A DNA stretch of 64,000 nt from Gammaproteobacteria bacterium (GTDB taxonomy: Bacteria > Pseudomonadota > Gammaproteobacteria > Eutrophobiales > Eutrophobiaceae), in NCBI GenBank assembly GCA_965198875.1, contig CBDAPU010000001.1, positions 1,840,167 through 1,904,166 of the forward strand, read 5' to 3'. Below, in pieces: positions 60,920 through 64,000 of this stretch. The position numbers and the translations under genes were made by a program. Position 1 is the stretch's first letter. Every line of letters starts with the position of its first letter. The notes under the pieces are model-generated. The model saw nothing but the letters and a program-made list of their open reading frames with translations. It was not told the origin of the DNA and searched no databases.

Positions 60920-61687
60920 TTAGAATGCCTCCTCAGGACGCCTCGTCAGCACATCGAAACCATCCTCGGTAACGAGGATGGTGTGCTCCCATTGGGCCGA
61001 TAAAGCGCGATCCCTGGTCACCACAGTCCAGTTATCCGAAAGTAACTTAACGTCACGTTTGCCGGCATTGATCATGGGTTCAATGGTAAATATCATGCCG
61101 GGCTCCAGCGCAAGGCCGGTGTCTTTTTCGCCGTAATGCAACACCTGCGGCTCTTCATGAAACGCCCTGCCGATACCATGACCACAGTACTCACGGACAA
61201 CAGAAAATTGACTGGCCTCAGCATGGGACTGTATGGCATGACCAATATCACCTAGTCGTGTTCCGGGCTTGATCAGCTCTATGCCGATTGCCATACATTC
61301 ATAGGTGATGTCCACCAGACGTCTGGCGCGGATAGAGGGCTCACCGACAAGGAACATCTTGCTGGTGTCCCCATGGAAGCCATCTTTAATGACGGTGACG
61401 TCAATGTTGATAATATCCCCGCCTTTTAACTTCTTATCGCCCGGGATCCCGTGACAGACGACATGATTGATGGAGGTGCATATGGATTTCGGGAAGCCGC
61501 GATAATGCAAAGGCGCCGGTATGGCGTTAAGATCGTTGGTGATGTAGTCATGACAGATCGCATCCAGCTCGCCGGTGGTGGCCCCGGCTTTGACATGGGG
61601 CGCTATCATGGTGAGCACGGAAGAGGCCAGGGAGCCGGCAATCCGCATTTTCTCAATCTCGTCGTCTGTTTTTATCGACACCGACAT
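60920..61687 (-). CDS. map: Methionine aminopeptidase
   Basis: CHGIP, DVTVIKDGFHGD, YCGHGIG, FTIEPMIN, SAQWEHT. Confidence 0.97.
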   Translation of the reverse strand: MSVSIKTDDEIEKMRIAGSLASSVLTMIAPHVKAGATTGELDAICHDYITNDLNAIPAPLHYRGFPKSICTSINHVVCHGIPGDKKLKGGDIINIDVTVIKDGFHGDTSKMFLVGEPSIRARRLVDITYECMAIGIELIKPGTRLGDIGHAIQSHAEASQFSVVREYCGHGIGRAFHEEPQVLHYGEKDTGLALEPGMIFTIEPMINAGKRDVKLLSDNWTVVTRDRALSAQWEHTILVTEDGFDVLTRRPEEAF

Positions 61688-61835
61688 AAATAGCCAATAT
61701 CCGCTTGTTTTTATAACATTATTTGTTGCCTGATGGCTTCTATGGTATAAAGCGCCCGCTATTATGGCAAACGTGGTGGCGGTGTAAATGGCCTGTTGCC
61801 TTTATGTTTACCGCTACAGATAATTTCACTCAACT

Positions 61836-61932
61836 ACACACGCACATTGCATACGTATATTGGGGTGCCGGGCGTCCCTCTCAGGCAGTGAGTACTGCCG
61901 GGAGCCCCGGTCGGTGTGCGCGGGCTTAACCC
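61836..61932 (+). promoter_or_regulatory. rpsB 5' leader (S2 autoregulatory/t44-like RNA)
   Basis: CACACGCAC...GGGGTGCC...GTGTGCG paired stems just upstream of rpsB; extended -10 TGGTATAAA at 61743. Confidence 0.7.
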
Positions 61933-61950
61933 TGATCAGGAGTATAACTT

Positions 61951-63006
61951 ATGTCTAACGTCAGCATGCGCGATATGCTGGAGGCGGGTGTGCATTTTGG
62001 TCACCAGACCCGCTATTGGAACCCGAAGATGGCCGGGTATTTATTCGGTCACCGCAACAACATCCATATTATCAATCTCGAGAAAACCCTGCCCCTGTTT
62101 GAGGACGCCCTGAACTTCGCCAGTAAATTATCGGCCAACAAGGGCGCCATCCTGTTTGTCGGCACTAAGCGGGCGGCACAACAGATAATCAAGGAAGAGG
62201 CGCAGCGTTGTGAGATGCCCTACGTCAACCTGCGCTGGTTGGGCGGTCTGCTGACGAACTATAAAACCGTCAGGCAATCCATCAATCGCTTGCATGACTT
62301 GGAAGAGATGAAAACCGATGGCTCTTTGCAGAGAATGAGCAAAAAGGAGGCCTTGCAATTTACCCGGGAGCTGGAAAAACTGGAGCGTAACCTCTCCGGT
62401 ATCAAGGCCATGAATGGCGCTCCCGATGCGTTGTTTATTATCGATGTGGGTTATGAAAACATTGCCGTGAGTGAAGCGGTGAAACTGAAGATCCCGGTCA
62501 TCGGCGTGGTCGACAGCAACAACAGCCCCGATGGTGTGGATTATGTTATTCCGGGTAATGATGACGCCATCCGCTCGATTAAGTTATATGCAAAAGAAAT
62601 GGCCGACGCCATTATCGCCGGTCGCGGCTCTGTGGCCCATCTCGGTGAAGGTCATGATAAGGACGAGTTCATCGAGCTGGATGCAGAGGGTGCGCCGGTG
62701 ATCAGCAAGAAAAAGAAAAAAGTGCAGGCGAGGAAGAAAACCGCCAGGAAAAAAACAAAGAAAACATCAGCCCAAACAGTGAGTGAGAGAAGTGAGGCGA
62801 ACGCCAACGATGGCGAGCGTAGCGAGGAGACTGAGAGTGTTGTTGCGGATAAGGATGTTGTTGCGGATAAGAAGAAAGTGACGAGAAAAACCACGCCGAA
62901 GAGGAGCCTTAAAAAAACAGCCGGTCGGGATGATAATGATACAGAGACGGATGCGCCGACAGACAAGGTTGGCGCCGATGACATCACCGAAATAAAGGCG
63001 GATTGA
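61951..63006 (+). CDS. rpsB: 30S ribosomal protein S2 with long charged C-terminal extension
   Basis: [32 protein letters not shown]. Confidence 0.98.
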   Translation: MSNVSMRDMLEAGVHFGHQTRYWNPKMAGYLFGHRNNIHIINLEKTLPLFEDALNFASKLSANKGAILFVGTKRAAQQIIKEEAQRCEMPYVNLRWLGGLLTNYKTVRQSINRLHDLEEMKTDGSLQRMSKKEALQFTRELEKLERNLSGIKAMNGAPDALFIIDVGYENIAVSEAVKLKIPVIGVVDSNNSPDGVDYVIPGNDDAIRSIKLYAKEMADAIIAGRGSVAHLGEGHDKDEFIELDAEGAPVISKKKKKVQARKKTARKKTKKTSAQTVSERSEANANDGERSEETESVVADKDVVADKKKVTRKTTPKRSLKKTAGRDDNDTETDAPTDKVGADDITEIKAD

Positions 63007-63019
63007 GGATAACAGGTTT

Positions 63020-63928
63020 ATGCAGATCACGGCGGCATTGGTAAAAGAGTTACGCGAGATGACGGGCGCCGGCATGATGGATTGCAAAAAAGCGTTGCAG
63101 GAGACGGCGGGGGATATTGAAGCGGCGGTTAAGGCCATGCGTCAATCCGGCATTGCCAAAGCGGTAAAAAAAGCCGGACGTATCGCCGCTGAGGGGGCGA
63201 TTGTCGTCAAGACAAACGACAGTGGTAGTAAAGCAGTTTTATTAGAGGTCAACTGTGAAACGGATTTTGTCGCCAAAGATGCGAGTTTTCAGGGTTTCTG
63301 CCGCCAGCTTGGCGAGGCCATACTGGCACATGCGCCCGCCGATATGGAGGCGATGAAAGATACGTTATGCGATACCGGCGCCACTGTCGAGCAAGCCAGG
63401 CTGGAAATGGTCTTGAAGCTGGGAGAGAACATCCATATCCGCCGTTTCGATGCCGTAAAGCGGCCCGATGCAGGCGCCCTGGGGGTCTATTTGCATGGTG
63501 GCCGTATCGGCGTAGTTCTCGCCCTGTCGGTAGATAATCCGGCCCTGGCCAAAGACCTGGCCATGCACATCGCCGCCACCAACCCCCTGTGTATCAACGA
63601 GGAAGACATGCCCGAAGCCGTACTGGAGCAGGAAAGAGAGATCCAGGCCGCCAAGGCAAGGGCCTCTGGAAAGCCGGATGATATTGTTCAGAAAATGGTC
63701 GCCGGGAGGATGAGGAAGTTTCTACAGGAGAACACATTATCGGGCCAGGGCTTCGTCAAGGACCCGGACATGAAGGTGGCCGATCTGCTAAAAGAGAACA
63801 ATGCGGTGGTGCAGCGTTTTCTCCGATATGAAGTGGGTGAGGGGATCGAGAAAAAAGCCGATAACTTTGCCGCCGAGGTCATGCAACAGGCGGGGATGGC
63901 CGGGGATGATAAACAGGACGATGCGTAA
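63020..63928 (+). CDS. tsf: Elongation factor Ts
   Basis: VKELREMTGAGMMDCKKAL, EVNCETDFV, AMHIAA. Confidence 0.98.
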   Translation: MQITAALVKELREMTGAGMMDCKKALQETAGDIEAAVKAMRQSGIAKAVKKAGRIAAEGAIVVKTNDSGSKAVLLEVNCETDFVAKDASFQGFCRQLGEAILAHAPADMEAMKDTLCDTGATVEQARLEMVLKLGENIHIRRFDAVKRPDAGALGVYLHGGRIGVVLALSVDNPALAKDLAMHIAATNPLCINEEDMPEAVLEQEREIQAAKARASGKPDDIVQKMVAGRMRKFLQENTLSGQGFVKDPDMKVADLLKENNAVVQRFLRYEVGEGIEKKADNFAAEVMQQAGMAGDDKQDDA

Positions 63929-63951
63929 CCTAACCCGGGGTCAACAACGCC

Positions 63952-64000
63952 TTGTCTGAAACCCGGGAACTACACTATCGACGAGTCCTGATAAAACTGA
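63952..64000 (+). CDS. pyrH: Uridylate kinase, N-terminal start (runs off window)
   Basis: TTG start, then SETRELHYRRVLIKL; canonical rpsB-tsf-pyrH order. Confidence 0.75.
   Translation, partial: MSETRELHYRRVLIKL

Noticed and set aside
1-64000. CRISPR array
   Set aside because: No run of identical repeats with unique spacers seen; all repeats found are two-copy.

Overview
Gammaproteobacterial chromosome segment. The ends carry core genes (clpA/clpS, aceA, dapE ... mtaB, manC, prc, dusA, mutH, glnD, map, rpsB, tsf, pyrH). Many intergenic regions hold decayed gene remnants, which suggests ongoing genome erosion (inference: possibly host-associated). A central accessory zone surrounds an initiator tRNA-Met (15624-15700). 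To its left is a scrambled prophage relic: a MuF head-morphogenesis gene with a RelE-like tip followed by a structured element, a tail sheath gene and a C5-methylase remnant. To its right is a ~22 kb co-directional, GC-rich enzyme cluster: AraC, LLM oxidoreductase, FAH, M20, FO synthase fbiC, deacetylase, DRE-TIM synthase, two ketopantoate reductases and M24. AT-rich defence cassettes occupy several of its gene junctions: a HpaI-like R-M system, an uncharacterised three-gene GHKL-ATPase module, a GIY-YIG nuclease and a HindIII-like R-M system. A 57-bp duplicated FAH 3' end whose two differences are both synonymous suggests how the cassettes stack. A secreted bacteriocin-like precursor/immunity/C39-peptidase cassette, missed by the ORF track, lies at 55.5-57.3 kb. 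All family assignments come from motif recognition and recalled sequences; no database search was run.
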